Source: Candidatus Pacearchaeota archaeon
GTDB lineage: Archaea > Nanobdellota > Nanobdellia > Pacearchaeales > UBA284
Reading direction: 5' to 3'
Assembly (NCBI GenBank): GCA_026016245.1
Contig: CP061211.1
Span: 29,449 to 93,448, forward strand
Length of the DNA stretch: 64,000 nucleotides
Below, piece after piece: positions 29,098 through 38,514 of the stretch (position 1 is the first letter of the stretch; each line of letters opens with the position of its first letter). The notes beneath the pieces were generated by a model. It made no database searches and had not been told where the DNA came from. It saw nothing but the letters and a program-made list of their open reading frames with translations. The translations under genes and the position numbers were made by a program.

Positions 29098-30449
29098 AAA
29101 AAAATAAGAAAAAAGAATTTATAATTATAGGAATTTTCCTTCTAGTCCTTTTAATTTTATTTTTAATTCTCAATTGGTTTAGTCCTATGTTATTATGGGA
29201 TGAGAATGTTTATCTAGGAAATGCAAGAAGTCACATTTCTAATAGTGCATTTACAGAGGATTTTAGATTTCCTCTCTTAGAGTATCTTATAGCTTTTGCA
29301 TGGTTTTTTTCTGGAGAAAGTATTTTTATTGCTCAGCTGATTATTATTCTTTTTAGTCTTGCATCAGTTTTTTTTCTTTATCTTATAAGCAAAAGATTTT
29401 TTTCAGAGAGATTTTCCTTTCTGCTTTGCTTCTTCTTTGCTTTATGCCCTTTAATTCTTTTTTGGGGTTTTCGTGCTTATGCTGATATTCCTGCAATGTT
29501 TTTTGTTATCCTCTCATTTTACTTCTTGTTAAAATCAGAAAAAAATAATAAAATTATTTTTCTAGCTTTAGCTGGCTTTGTGGCAGCTCTTGCTTTCTTA
29601 ACTAGGTTTCCAACTGCTTTATTTGCTTTATCTGCTGGCCTTTACTTTATTTTCAAAAAAAGATTTAAAGATTTAGGTATTTTTACTCTTTTTTTTATTG
29701 TTGCTCTTTTGCCTTGGCTTACATGTAATTATTTGAGTTATGGAAATTTTATATGGGACCTTCAGGAGCAGTATCTTGTGATAAGTAAATGGACTTCTTC
29801 TGAGCCTATAATCAAGCAGATAACTAACCTATTTGTCTATATTAATTTTTTAATCCCTTTACTATTGCTTCTTGGAATTTATGTTACAATAAGAAAGAAT
29901 GAAAAATTTAATTTATTAATTTTGATTTATGTTATCTTGTCTTTTATTTATTATCTCTTTTTTGTTAGGCTGAAAGATGCTCGTTATTATCTTACATTTT
30001 TACCCTTCATTTATCTTATTTCTTTTCAAGGCTTATATTATCTGAAGAAAAAGAAAATTTTTAGATATGTGTTTATGATTCTGATTATTATTCTGGTTTT
30101 AAACACTGTGTTTATTTTTGGTTATTTGGCTGGTAAGAATTATTGTGAAAAAAATAGCTCAATTACTCAATCTATAAATTATTTAAAAGGTGAAGTAGAT
30201 GTAGATGATGTTGTGTTGAGTAATGTTTGGCCTTGGTTTGGTTATCATCTTAATGTTAAGGTCTTTAGTTTATGGGATAAAAATATTGGGATATTGCTGG
30301 AGACGTATGAACCGGTTTATGTTGTTTATTGTGATGGACTGGGCATAGAATATGAAAAAGAAATTCTTGATAATTCTACAAATCTGAAATTAGAACAAGT
30401 TTTTAGAGGAAGATGTGGAGAGAAAGTTTATATTTATAGAGTAATTTAA
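29079..30449 (+). CDS. GT-C fold glycosyltransferase (PMT/ArnT-like, GT39/83-like)
   Basis: Polytopic, with 10 or more TM helices. Its position next to the Dol-P-sugar synthase fits a GT-C enzyme. Confidence 0.5.
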   Translation: MVGLEMKKNKKKEFIIIGIFLLVLLILFLILNWFSPMLLWDENVYLGNARSHISNSAFTEDFRFPLLEYLIAFAWFFSGESIFIAQLIIILFSLASVFFLYLISKRFFSERFSFLLCFFFALCPLILFWGFRAYADIPAMFFVILSFYFLLKSEKNNKIIFLALAGFVAALAFLTRFPTALFALSAGLYFIFKKRFKDLGIFTLFFIVALLPWLTCNYLSYGNFIWDLQEQYLVISKWTSSEPIIKQITNLFVYINFLIPLLLLLGIYVTIRKNEKFNLLILIYVILSFIYYLFFVRLKDARYYLTFLPFIYLISFQGLYYLKKKKIFRYVFMILIIILVLNTVFIFGYLAGKNYCEKNSSITQSINYLKGEVDVDDVVLSNVWPWFGYHLNVKVFSLWDKNIGILLETYEPVYVVYCDGLGIEYEKEILDNSTNLKLEQVFRGRCGEKVYIYRVI

Positions 30450-31141
30450 TCAAGATCTTCAAAAATTTCTTCAAATTCTTCTTTTGGATGGAATCCTATG
30501 TAAACCTTGTTATTCATCACAGTGCTAGGTAATGTGTTGATGCTGTAAAGTTCTTTTAAGCTATTTATTATTCCTAGATCTAAATCACCATCAATAGAAT
30601 AAACTTTAATTTTTTCATAACCATACTTATCTGATAAATAACTTAAAATATAACCTTGTTTTTCTGATTCACCAATATTTTCTTTCTTATTTGAATAAAA
30701 GAATAAGATAATAGTATAATCCTCTTCACATTTTTCAATTCTTTTTCTGATAAGTAGATAATGCTGTATTTGTAATAAGGTATAAGGCTTTTTTAATTCA
30801 ATAACTCTTTTGTCATTCTTCCCTAACTGATTTTCAAGCATTATTATTCGTGTTCCTAAATTATCTATTCTCTCTCCTAGTGCATAGAGAAAATAAGTGC
30901 CACAAGGATTATATTCTGCCAGGGCATTTTGCAATTCAATATCAAGCATTTCTAATCTTATGTCTTCCTCTGTTGTTGTTATAGATTTCATCTTACTTGA
31001 TGTGACTGCTGAACCTATGAGGATGCCTATAATGAAGAACAAAGTAGCTAGGGCAATTGCTAAGAGATATCTCTCTAAGGATAATCTAGACTTTTTGACT
31101 GTTTTTGTTCCCCTCTTTCTCTTTCTTATCTGAATGACCAT
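30446..31141 (-). CDS. Membrane-anchored hypothetical protein
   Basis: Single N-terminal TM helix LLAIALATLFFIIGILIGSAV. Confidence 0.3.
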   Translation of the reverse strand: MVIQIRKRKRGTKTVKKSRLSLERYLLAIALATLFFIIGILIGSAVTSSKMKSITTTEEDIRLEMLDIELQNALAEYNPCGTYFLYALGERIDNLGTRIIMLENQLGKNDKRVIELKKPYTLLQIQHYLLIRKRIEKCEEDYTIILFFYSNKKENIGESEKQGYILSYLSDKYGYEKIKVYSIDGDLDLGIINSLKELYSINTLPSTVMNNKVYIGFHPKEEFEEIFEDLD

Positions 31142-31203
31142 CTTATCATCTTGCTTTTGGAATTTATAAAAATTTATATAGAGAAAAGAATATTTTGGAT
31201 TTG

Positions 31204-32310
31204 TTAATATTTTACATTAATACCCTTATAACTAAGAATTCTAATTACTGAAGAATCAATTCTTTTTTCATCAATAATACCATCTTTTACTGCTTTTTCA
31301 ATGATTTTTATCATATGATAAATATTTTTTATGTTTGGGTCAGTATTAAGAATGATATCATTATCAGCTTTGAACAGATCCATATACATCTGATCTTCAT
31401 TTGTATAATAGTCTCTTAATCCTAACATTCTGATTTCATCTGTGATTATTAATCCATCAAACTTATTTCTTAATTCATTTGTCAATTGTTCTGAAACAAC
31501 AGCTGGCTTTGATTCTGAATTTAAAATTCCTTCTGTGATTACATGTGAAACCATAATAGCAGACACATTACTTTTGATACTTTCTTCAAAAGGAAATAAA
31601 TCATTACTATCTATTTTAACATAAACAACATATTTATGAGGATCTTGAATAGAAAGTGTTTTTCCTGGATAGTGTTTGGAAGTTGCAATAATGCCATTTA
31701 ATTGTAGGCCATTAATATAAGCATTAGCTTTTTCTGAAATTTCTTCTGGCGTGCCAATAAAACTTCTACAATTCCATATTTCATCCTTAAGGTCAACTAC
31801 TGGAGCAAAATTTATTGTAAATCCTAAGGTTTTAAGTAACTTCCCTTCTTCATAACCTACCTGATAGGCTTCTTCTTTAGTTTTAATTTCTTTCAGAGAA
31901 GGAAAATGATGGAAGTTTTCAAAAGGATTCCAGCAGCCTTCTAAATCAGTAGAAATAAATAAAGGGATATAAGCGTCTTTTTGGAAATAATTAATTTTAT
32001 CAATAAATTCTTGAGCATTACTTTTTGCACCAAGATGAATTCCCCCTATTAACATGTTCTGCAAAGCATTTTTATTTTCTTCTTTCCCAGATGTAATGAT
32101 CATTTGGGCAATTTTTTGTTTCAAGGTTAAGGAATTAAGATATAGGGTATTTGTGGATTTATCATAAATGACCTTGGTTGGAGGTTGAATTTCAAGGGGT
32201 TTATCTTTTTCAAAATTTATAAAAACTAAAATTAGACACAATATTATAAGCAGAAAAGTTAAAAGAATCCCTATATTGATCTTGCTTATTTTATTTGATT
32301 TTGACATCAT
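31204..32310 (-). CDS. Glycoside hydrolase family 3 N-terminal domain, beta-N-acetylhexosaminidase-like
   Basis: KIAQMIITSG, ISTDLEG and SKHYPG correspond to the GH3 KxGQ...D...KHFPG pattern. Confidence 0.6.
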   Translation of the reverse strand: MMSKSNKISKINIGILLTFLLIILCLILVFINFEKDKPLEIQPPTKVIYDKSTNTLYLNSLTLKQKIAQMIITSGKEENKNALQNMLIGGIHLGAKSNAQEFIDKINYFQKDAYIPLFISTDLEGCWNPFENFHHFPSLKEIKTKEEAYQVGYEEGKLLKTLGFTINFAPVVDLKDEIWNCRSFIGTPEEISEKANAYINGLQLNGIIATSKHYPGKTLSIQDPHKYVVYVKIDSNDLFPFEESIKSNVSAIMVSHVITEGILNSESKPAVVSEQLTNELRNKFDGLIITDEIRMLGLRDYYTNEDQMYMDLFKADNDIILNTDPNIKNIYHMIKIIEKAVKDGIIDEKRIDSSVIRILSYKGINVKY

Positions 32311-32632
32311 AACCTTCTTTTTTGCAATAATTAAAAATTTTGTAATTTATTAAATAACTATAGTCAGAACTTTCAGAGATATAACAATACAAGTCAAAAT
32401 TTTCTGAATCTATTTTTTTGCAATTAAGTTGTTTTTGCAATTCATAACAACACCTATTTATGTCTGATATCTCACCCAACTCATCAACATTTTGAAAATA
32501 ACATTTAGGAGAAGACATATCTAAATTATAAATCATATCTCCTGTAACTGAATTTAAAGGATAAATTAGATTTATAGCCAAGATGATTACTAGTAGAATT
32601 AATATAATATTGATTGTTTTTACTGCTCTCAT
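32291..32632 (-). CDS. Small secreted Cys-containing protein
   Basis: N-terminal hydrophobic segment. 113 aa. Confidence 0.3.
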   Translation of the reverse strand: MRAVKTINIILILLVIILAINLIYPLNSVTGDMIYNLDMSSPKCYFQNVDELGEISDINRCCYELQKQLNCKKIDSENFDLYCYISESSDYSYLINYKIFNYCKKEGYDVKIK

Positions 32633-32665
32633 ACAGTAAGAATTATTTTATGATTTTAAAAAGTT

Positions 32666-33499
32666 TTATGTTAACAGAGCTCTTGCTGCGGTAACAACTA
32701 GATAAGTGAATATGAGTAGTATTGCGCTGTGTTTGATACCATAATGTATTGATCCTTGGCTTAACTTGCCTATAACTAAGCCAGCAAACAAGGCTTGGAC
32801 AAGTAGTAAGATAAAGAATGATCTTTCAATTATCTCTGTTGAAATTCCTCCACCAACAGAGATGCCAAGACCAGTTGTTTGAATTTCTGTTCCTGTTAAT
32901 GCCCCAGCAATGAGGGGCATGAATTTTAATTCAACAAAAAGCATGATAACAACAAAGATAAAGAAAATTATATAACCTTGAACAACCATGCTATAAACTC
33001 TTGCCATTCTCTCCTTTTTTAAGTCCTCTATTTCATTAACACTTTTTACAACAGCATCTAGGACAGAGCCTATCTCCCCTCCAGAAGTTTCAGCCTCAAT
33101 AATTAATTCTACAGAACGTGAGATAACTTTATTCTTGATGTCAGATGCAAAAGTCCTTAGTGCTTGTTTGACAGGAATAGCTATCTTGATCTGATTTGCT
33201 AATTTCTGAATATGAGGGGTAAGACTACTATAGTCTTTTGATGCCACATTTATTATGCTCCTTGATATTGGTGCACCTACTCTAACACTTTCAACTAGAT
33301 TACGAGCAAACTCAAGGAACATCTCTTCCTTTTCTTTTTCACGTCCTGTTTCTGTTATAAAGGAGATAAGGAAAGGCAAGACAGCTATAACTATTGCTAT
33401 GCCAAGAAGAAAGTAAAAAAGGCTTTTGAGGAAGATAAGGCTAAGTACAACTATCAAGATTGATGTTATGATTGCGATTACTTGTATTTTTTTAGGCAT
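32666..33499 (-). CDS. Type II secretion F-domain membrane protein, the C-terminal half of a FlaJ/TadC-like platform
   Basis: Polytopic, with a T2SSF-like cytoplasmic domain. Adjacent to a second T2SSF-like gene and the ATPase. Confidence 0.55.
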   Translation of the reverse strand: MPKKIQVIAIITSILIVVLSLIFLKSLFYFLLGIAIVIAVLPFLISFITETGREKEKEEMFLEFARNLVESVRVGAPISRSIINVASKDYSSLTPHIQKLANQIKIAIPVKQALRTFASDIKNKVISRSVELIIEAETSGGEIGSVLDAVVKSVNEIEDLKKERMARVYSMVVQGYIIFFIFVVIMLFVELKFMPLIAGALTGTEIQTTGLGISVGGGISTEIIERSFFILLLVQALFAGLVIGKLSQGSIHYGIKHSAILLIFTYLVVTAARALLT

Positions 33500-33505
33500 T
33501 TTATT

Positions 33506-34783
33506 TTAAATTTCTGGTTGTGTTAAATGTAAAAATATGAGGAAAATGATGTTGAGTAGGGCTATGGCAACTATCCCTACATTAGCAAGTGTTGAGGCAG
33601 GCATTCCTATGAAGCTTGTGCCTATGATTGAGATTATTGCTAAGAGGAGCATGAATATAAGTGGAGCTGCAATAAGCAAGGCAGTATAAATATCAGAATA
33701 CATACCTATAATATTTGAGTATCTTTCATGGCTAAGTTTATAGTCAAGAAGACTATTTTTTGCTTTCTCATTTAAATAAATAGTTAGATTGCCTCCTGTA
33801 GTGATTGTGGTGGCCATTCCATTGAGCAAGTCAGCAAATTTTCTGCTTGATGTTTGTCTTGATACATTTTTTAAAGCAGTTGTTAAATCATAGCCAAAAA
33901 CATTAATCTGATTCACTATTTTTTTCATTTCTGTACTAAAGGCCTTATATTCTTTTGTTAGAGCCATTATTGAAAAAATTCTTGAAGGTTCTACTTTGCT
34001 AGAAGCTATGGCTGCCATATGAGATGTTGCAAAAGGAAGTTCAGAATCTACCTTCTTCCCATGAGAAGATGCTGTGTTTGACGGCCAGCTTAGTGTGAGG
34101 AAAAATATTATAGCTGTTAAAGCAATAACTATGGCAAAATTTCTTATGGCTGTGCTAAGAGAAGTTGTAAAGAAAAGAGCAATTACAAGAATTATAATAA
34201 AGGATAGTAGAGTTAAGAATAATATTATAGAAATATAGCTGCTGAGAGTGTAGGGCATGTTAGCTTTTCTCAGATCTTTCCCTATACTTTTGAAGAATGG
34301 TTTTTTAGAAAGTTTTTTTGAAGTGTTGTAAAAAATCTTATTTGCAAATGAAGCCAGGGCAGAAGGTCTTGCTATTATTTCCTCAGTTATCTCAGGTTTT
34401 TTCTTCAGAATTTTTTTTCTGACTTTTCTGAGGGCTTTTTTTTCTATTCCCAAGTCTTCTAAAAATTTTTCCTTACTTTCTTTTGTGATATAAACTGGGC
34501 CTGACACTGTTGTTATTCTTTCATATTTTTTTCTTTTTGCAGATGGCCTTTTTACTGGTTTTGCTTTTTCAACCACTATGCTTTCAACAAGAGCTCCAAT
34601 TGGTTCATTAATTAGCTGAAGTTGATTAATCAGAGCCATGGCTGATTTTTCTATCATTACTTTTTCTTCACCTCTGGCAATATTATAAGAAGCAGATAAA
34701 GCATACAATTCACGTACTATCTTTTCTGATCTGCTGATATTAGATTTTATTGATCCCAGAGCTTCTTCTAGTATAGACACCAT
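33506..34783 (-). CDS. Type II secretion F-domain membrane protein, the N-terminal half of a FlaJ/TadC-like platform
   Basis: T2SSF-like segment and multiple TM helices. Confidence 0.55.
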   Translation of the reverse strand: MVSILEEALGSIKSNISRSEKIVRELYALSASYNIARGEEKVMIEKSAMALINQLQLINEPIGALVESIVVEKAKPVKRPSAKRKKYERITTVSGPVYITKESKEKFLEDLGIEKKALRKVRKKILKKKPEITEEIIARPSALASFANKIFYNTSKKLSKKPFFKSIGKDLRKANMPYTLSSYISIILFLTLLSFIIILVIALFFTTSLSTAIRNFAIVIALTAIIFFLTLSWPSNTASSHGKKVDSELPFATSHMAAIASSKVEPSRIFSIMALTKEYKAFSTEMKKIVNQINVFGYDLTTALKNVSRQTSSRKFADLLNGMATTITTGGNLTIYLNEKAKNSLLDYKLSHERYSNIIGMYSDIYTALLIAAPLIFMLLLAIISIIGTSFIGMPASTLANVGIVAIALLNIIFLIFLHLTQPEI

Positions 34784-34787
34784 TTTC

Positions 34788-34979
34788 CTATTTTACTCTC
34801 CTTATTTTTAATTCAGATAGATTTTTTTTGATATTTCTGTTGAGAGTAATAATATCTTTTTTTATCTCCTCAACTTTTTTCTCATCACCAACTTTTAGAG
34901 CCTGCTCGAGAGCTATGGTAGATTCTTTTGATGATAAAATCAATTGCATTAGAGAAGCTATTTTATCGCTTGATATCAT
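34788..34979 (-). CDS. Small coiled-coil protein between the ATPase and the platform
   Basis: 63-aa ORF tightly packed within the operon. Confidence 0.3.
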   Translation of the reverse strand: MISSDKIASLMQLILSSKESTIALEQALKVGDEKKVEEIKKDIITLNRNIKKNLSELKIRRVK

Positions 34980-34986
34980 TTTTTAT

Positions 34987-36564
34987 TTATTTTAATCTTT
35001 TTGCTTCTTCTGGCACATATTTTGAAAGCACAGCTTTTGGATTCTTATAGTATTCATTGATCATTTTCTGTACTGTTGAAAAATCATAAATTCTCTTTTT
35101 ATACAAGGCAAAGAGCAGTTTTGTTCTGATTTTGAATTCTCTAAGAATCTGTTCTTTTGAAAGTCCATAACGTTTTTGTATTTTCTCAAAAACTTTACTT
35201 TCTGTTTTAAAATAAAAAGAATCTTCAGATGGATTCCACATGAAAGGTGTATTTGTAAGGGCAATGCCTTCTGCTGTAACATCAACTACTTCAATAACTT
35301 CCCTCAGACGTCTTGTTTCTTCTTTATCAACCAAAGCATGAGTCATTACAGCTACAGCATCTAGACTGTTTACAAGAGTTGGGCTAAGATTTATTGGTGG
35401 TGTTTCTAATCTTCTTATCACTGTTTCTACAGAATCAGCGTGCATTGTACTAAGTGATGGATGGCCTGCTGCCATTGCCTGGAATAAGACAAAAGCCTCT
35501 TTACCTCTGACCTCACCAACAATGACATAATCAGGATTTTGCCTGAAACTTTCTTTAAGCAAAGTAAACATATCTATCTCTCCTGCTCCTGCAAGTCCTG
35601 CTCTGGCTACGCTTGGGAGCCAGTTTTCTCTTGGCAAATTAATCTCCCTAGTGTCCTCAACAGAAACAACTCTTGCTTCAGGTGGAATAAAGAAAGCTAG
35701 AGCATTCAACATAGAGGTTTTCCCTGAACCTGTCCCTCCTGTTATTAAGATATTTGCTTTGTACTGCATAAGAATCCAGAAATAAGCCAGCATTTCCGGA
35801 CTTAATGTGTTCATAGAAATAAGCTGTATAGGTGTCCAAGGAACTTTAGTGAATTTTCTTATTGTGAAAGTTGGCCCTCTACTTGTTATTTCAGTTGTGT
35901 ATGTGGCATTTACTCTAGAACCATCAGGAAGTGTTCCATCAAGCAAGGGAGTGGCATAAGAAATGTAACGTCCACATCTTTGAGCAAGTTTTTCAACAAA
36001 ACTTGCAAGCTCTTTTATATTTTTATAAGTAAGATTTGTTTTCATATTTCTGTAAAGTCTGTGAACTATGTAGACAGGTGTATTAACCCCATTACACTCT
36101 ATATCCTCAATGAAAAAATCTCTAAGCAGGGGTTCAGTTTCATTAAGGCCAATAAAATCACGGTAAAGATAATAAAAAATTCTTGAATAGGATTCTTCAC
36201 TTAATGTTCTTCCTAGCTCATTTAGAATAAGCTTGGCCATCTTGTCAATATAAGATAAAAGAGCTTCTTGTGTTTTTTCTATTACTGCTCCAAGATTAAT
36301 CAATTCGAGCATTCCTGATTCTATCTCTTCTAAAGTCTTTTTTTCAAATTCATTTAATATGGGCTCTTCTACTTCATAAATCAGTTCAGAAGATTTTTTA
36401 TTCCAGTATATATGTGCTGTTGCATGAGGTGCAATTAAGATGTAGCGAATATTTATCTTTGTCTTGTCCTCCACTCTCCTTAAAACAGGAATTTCTGGAT
36501 TAATATTGATTACAGGATGCTCTGGTTTTGGTGGTGAAGGGATTTCTGGAACTGGCAAAGCCAT
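34987..36564 (-). CDS. Secretion ATPase of the FlaI/TadA/VirB11 family, the type IV pilus or archaellum assembly motor
   Basis: Walker A GGTGSGKTS. Downstream Asp box, Walker B and His box. Confidence 0.8.
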   Translation of the reverse strand: MALPVPEIPSPPKPEHPVININPEIPVLRRVEDKTKINIRYILIAPHATAHIYWNKKSSELIYEVEEPILNEFEKKTLEEIESGMLELINLGAVIEKTQEALLSYIDKMAKLILNELGRTLSEESYSRIFYYLYRDFIGLNETEPLLRDFFIEDIECNGVNTPVYIVHRLYRNMKTNLTYKNIKELASFVEKLAQRCGRYISYATPLLDGTLPDGSRVNATYTTEITSRGPTFTIRKFTKVPWTPIQLISMNTLSPEMLAYFWILMQYKANILITGGTGSGKTSMLNALAFFIPPEARVVSVEDTREINLPRENWLPSVARAGLAGAGEIDMFTLLKESFRQNPDYVIVGEVRGKEAFVLFQAMAAGHPSLSTMHADSVETVIRRLETPPINLSPTLVNSLDAVAVMTHALVDKEETRRLREVIEVVDVTAEGIALTNTPFMWNPSEDSFYFKTESKVFEKIQKRYGLSKEQILREFKIRTKLLFALYKKRIYDFSTVQKMINEYYKNPKAVLSKYVPEEAKRLK

Positions 36565-36649
36565 TTTTATCTATCTCTTTTATTACCTCTTTTATTCTCT
36601 AAAATATATATTAAAATAGGAGAATTGTTATTTAAATTTAACGAAAATT

Positions 36650-36910
36650 TTATTTTTTATCTCTTGATTTATACATTTCAAGCCATTCTTTGCTCAATGG
36701 CCAACCTTCAAATTTTTCACACGGAAACTTATCACAATCTTTAGAGCAGACATCAGTCTTATTGCTGACTGCACACCCAAGTATAGGGCAATTAGCCTTT
36801 ATACTTTTTAAGAATTCAATATGTTCTTTTGTTTTATCACAACCTTTACAAATTCCCTTAACAAACAAACCACAAGTTTCACAACAAATACCACAAGCAC
36901 CGACTTTCAT
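36650..36910 (-). CDS. Cys-rich putative metal-binding protein, about 14 Cys in 86 aa
   Basis: [19 protein letters not shown]...CPILGC...[10 protein letters not shown]. Confidence 0.4.
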   Translation of the reverse strand: MKVGACGICCETCGLFVKGICKGCDKTKEHIEFLKSIKANCPILGCAVSNKTDVCSKDCDKFPCEKFEGWPLSKEWLEMYKSRDKK

Positions 36911-37095
36911 TTCCCTTCTTCCTCTTTTTTCTTCTTCCTCTTCCTTATCCAGCCCAATCTTTTTTTATTTCTTCCTAACTTATGGGCCTTACGGCACTTC
37001 CCAGAACAAAAATGAAGGATCTTGCCTTCAGCAGTAACAAACATTATGCCTTTTCCAGGTTCAATATCTTGAGAACAGAAAGTACATTTTGCCAT
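36907..37095 (-). CDS. rpl24e: Ribosomal protein eL24 (L24e)
   Basis: [20 protein letters not shown]...[16 protein letters not shown]. Confidence 0.85.
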   Translation of the reverse strand: MAKCTFCSQDIEPGKGIMFVTAEGKILHFCSGKCRKAHKLGRNKKRLGWIRKRKKKKEEEGK

Positions 37096-37096
37096 T

Positions 37097-37606
37097 TTAT
37101 GTAATAAATATTTCTCTTCTCTTAGGAATGATTATATTTCCAGAGTATTTTAATTCATGGGCTTTTCTTTCTTTAAAAAATATGGTTTCTAATCCATCAA
37201 ATTTTTTAATATCCCCTTGGTTTTCATCGAAATATTCATATTTTCCTTGTTTAAATTTTACAGGACCTCTAAATGGCCTTTCTATTTTAATATTTTGTAG
37301 TGTTTCTTTTAAAAAATCAAAAGTTTCTTCAGCAAATTCATAATCAAGATTGGCATCTATCATGCTAGTCATGCCCCAACCATAACTCATAGACCATATA
37401 AGTTCTCCCTTAAATCTTACAGTTTCAAAGCCACGAATAAGATAAAAACCTACATAATAATCTTCATATTTTAAATCTCTTTCATTATATTCAAATTTTT
37501 TAAATCCTGGGATTTCAGAAACTACTTCTTTCCCATCACCAGCCCAAGTCACTTTTTTAGCTTTAACTAAAAATTTTGCAAGCTCTTGCCTATGTATTTC
37601 TTCCAT
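37097..37606 (-). CDS. Hypothetical protein inserted between rps28e and rpl24e
   Basis: 169-aa ORF with 1-2 nt spacing to both neighbours. Confidence 0.4.
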   Translation of the reverse strand: MEEIHRQELAKFLVKAKKVTWAGDGKEVVSEIPGFKKFEYNERDLKYEDYYVGFYLIRGFETVRFKGELIWSMSYGWGMTSMIDANLDYEFAEETFDFLKETLQNIKIERPFRGPVKFKQGKYEYFDENQGDIKKFDGLETIFFKERKAHELKYSGNIIIPKRREIFIT

Positions 37607-37607
37607 T

Positions 37608-37901
37608 TTATGTAAAAGCTCCTTTCATCACTTTAGTTCTGATTCTTCTAGCCTCAATTTGAGTTTCCCTTAACATCAAAACATCTCTTAATCTTACAGG
37701 ACCTTTAACATTTCTCCTAATGAGCTTGCCTTTATCAGACCCTTGAAGAACTCTAACCTTAACTTGTGTTAGCTCTCCTCTAAAGCCTGTCCTTCCACTT
37801 ATTTCTTCAACTACTGCAGGCACAGCACCGCCTACTATCTTATCTACACCTTTCATACCTGCTGTTTTAGTCTCTCTAATATGCTGCTGCTTTCTTCCCA
37901 T
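37608..37901 (-). CDS. rps28e: Ribosomal protein eS28 (S28e)
   Basis: [57 protein letters not shown]. Confidence 0.85.
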   Translation of the reverse strand: MGRKQQHIRETKTAGMKGVDKIVGGAVPAVVEEISGRTGFRGELTQVKVRVLQGSDKGKLIRRNVKGPVRLRDVLMLRETQIEARRIRTKVMKGAFT

Positions 37902-37910
37902 TTTACCTTA

Positions 37911-38321
37911 TTATTTATTTTTTTCAGGTTTTTCTGCGGGCTTAGCTTCTTCTTTTTTCTCCATAGGTTCTTCCTTTTCCTTTTTTGCAGGCTTTGTCTT
38001 AGTTTTTCCTAGAAATGAGATTTGTGATGCAGCATCTCCTGCCTCTATAACAGCAATAGAAGCGCATCCAACATTAATACCTGCAGCCACTCCCAGCTTT
38101 TTTTTACTGTCTGCTGTTGTGTAAGCAATTCCTTTTTCATCACACAATAAAGGCAGATGTTGTATAACTTCTTTAGGTTCAACATCCTCTGCTATAACAA
38201 CTAGCTTTGCTGTTCCTCTCTCTATTGCTTTGGTAACTTCATTTGTTCCTTTCTCTATTTTTCCAGTCTTTCTTGCTAACTCCACGACTTCATAAGCAGA
38301 AACCATTTTAACCTCCCTCAT
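37911..38321 (-). CDS. rpl7ae: Ribosomal protein L7Ae (kink-turn binding) with a Lys/Glu/Pro-rich C-terminal extension
   Basis: [11 protein letters not shown]...[18 protein letters not shown], then a roughly 25-aa KE-rich tail. Confidence 0.85.
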   Translation of the reverse strand: MREVKMVSAYEVVELARKTGKIEKGTNEVTKAIERGTAKLVVIAEDVEPKEVIQHLPLLCDEKGIAYTTADSKKKLGVAAGINVGCASIAVIEAGDAASQISFLGKTKTKPAKKEKEEPMEKKEEAKPAEKPEKNK

Positions 38322-38514
38322 CTTTTAATTTAAAATCAGTCATATGGTCTAAAGAATTAGAAAAAAGAGATTTAAAAAGGTTTCGAGAAAAATAAAATAT
38401 CAATAAAATAATAAAAAAAGAAAAAAAAGAAAAATAAAAAGGTTAAAAAATAAAAAATTAAATTTTTGTTTTGTTGTTTTTGTTTTGTTTAGCCTTCGGG
38501 ATTCTCAACTAGAC

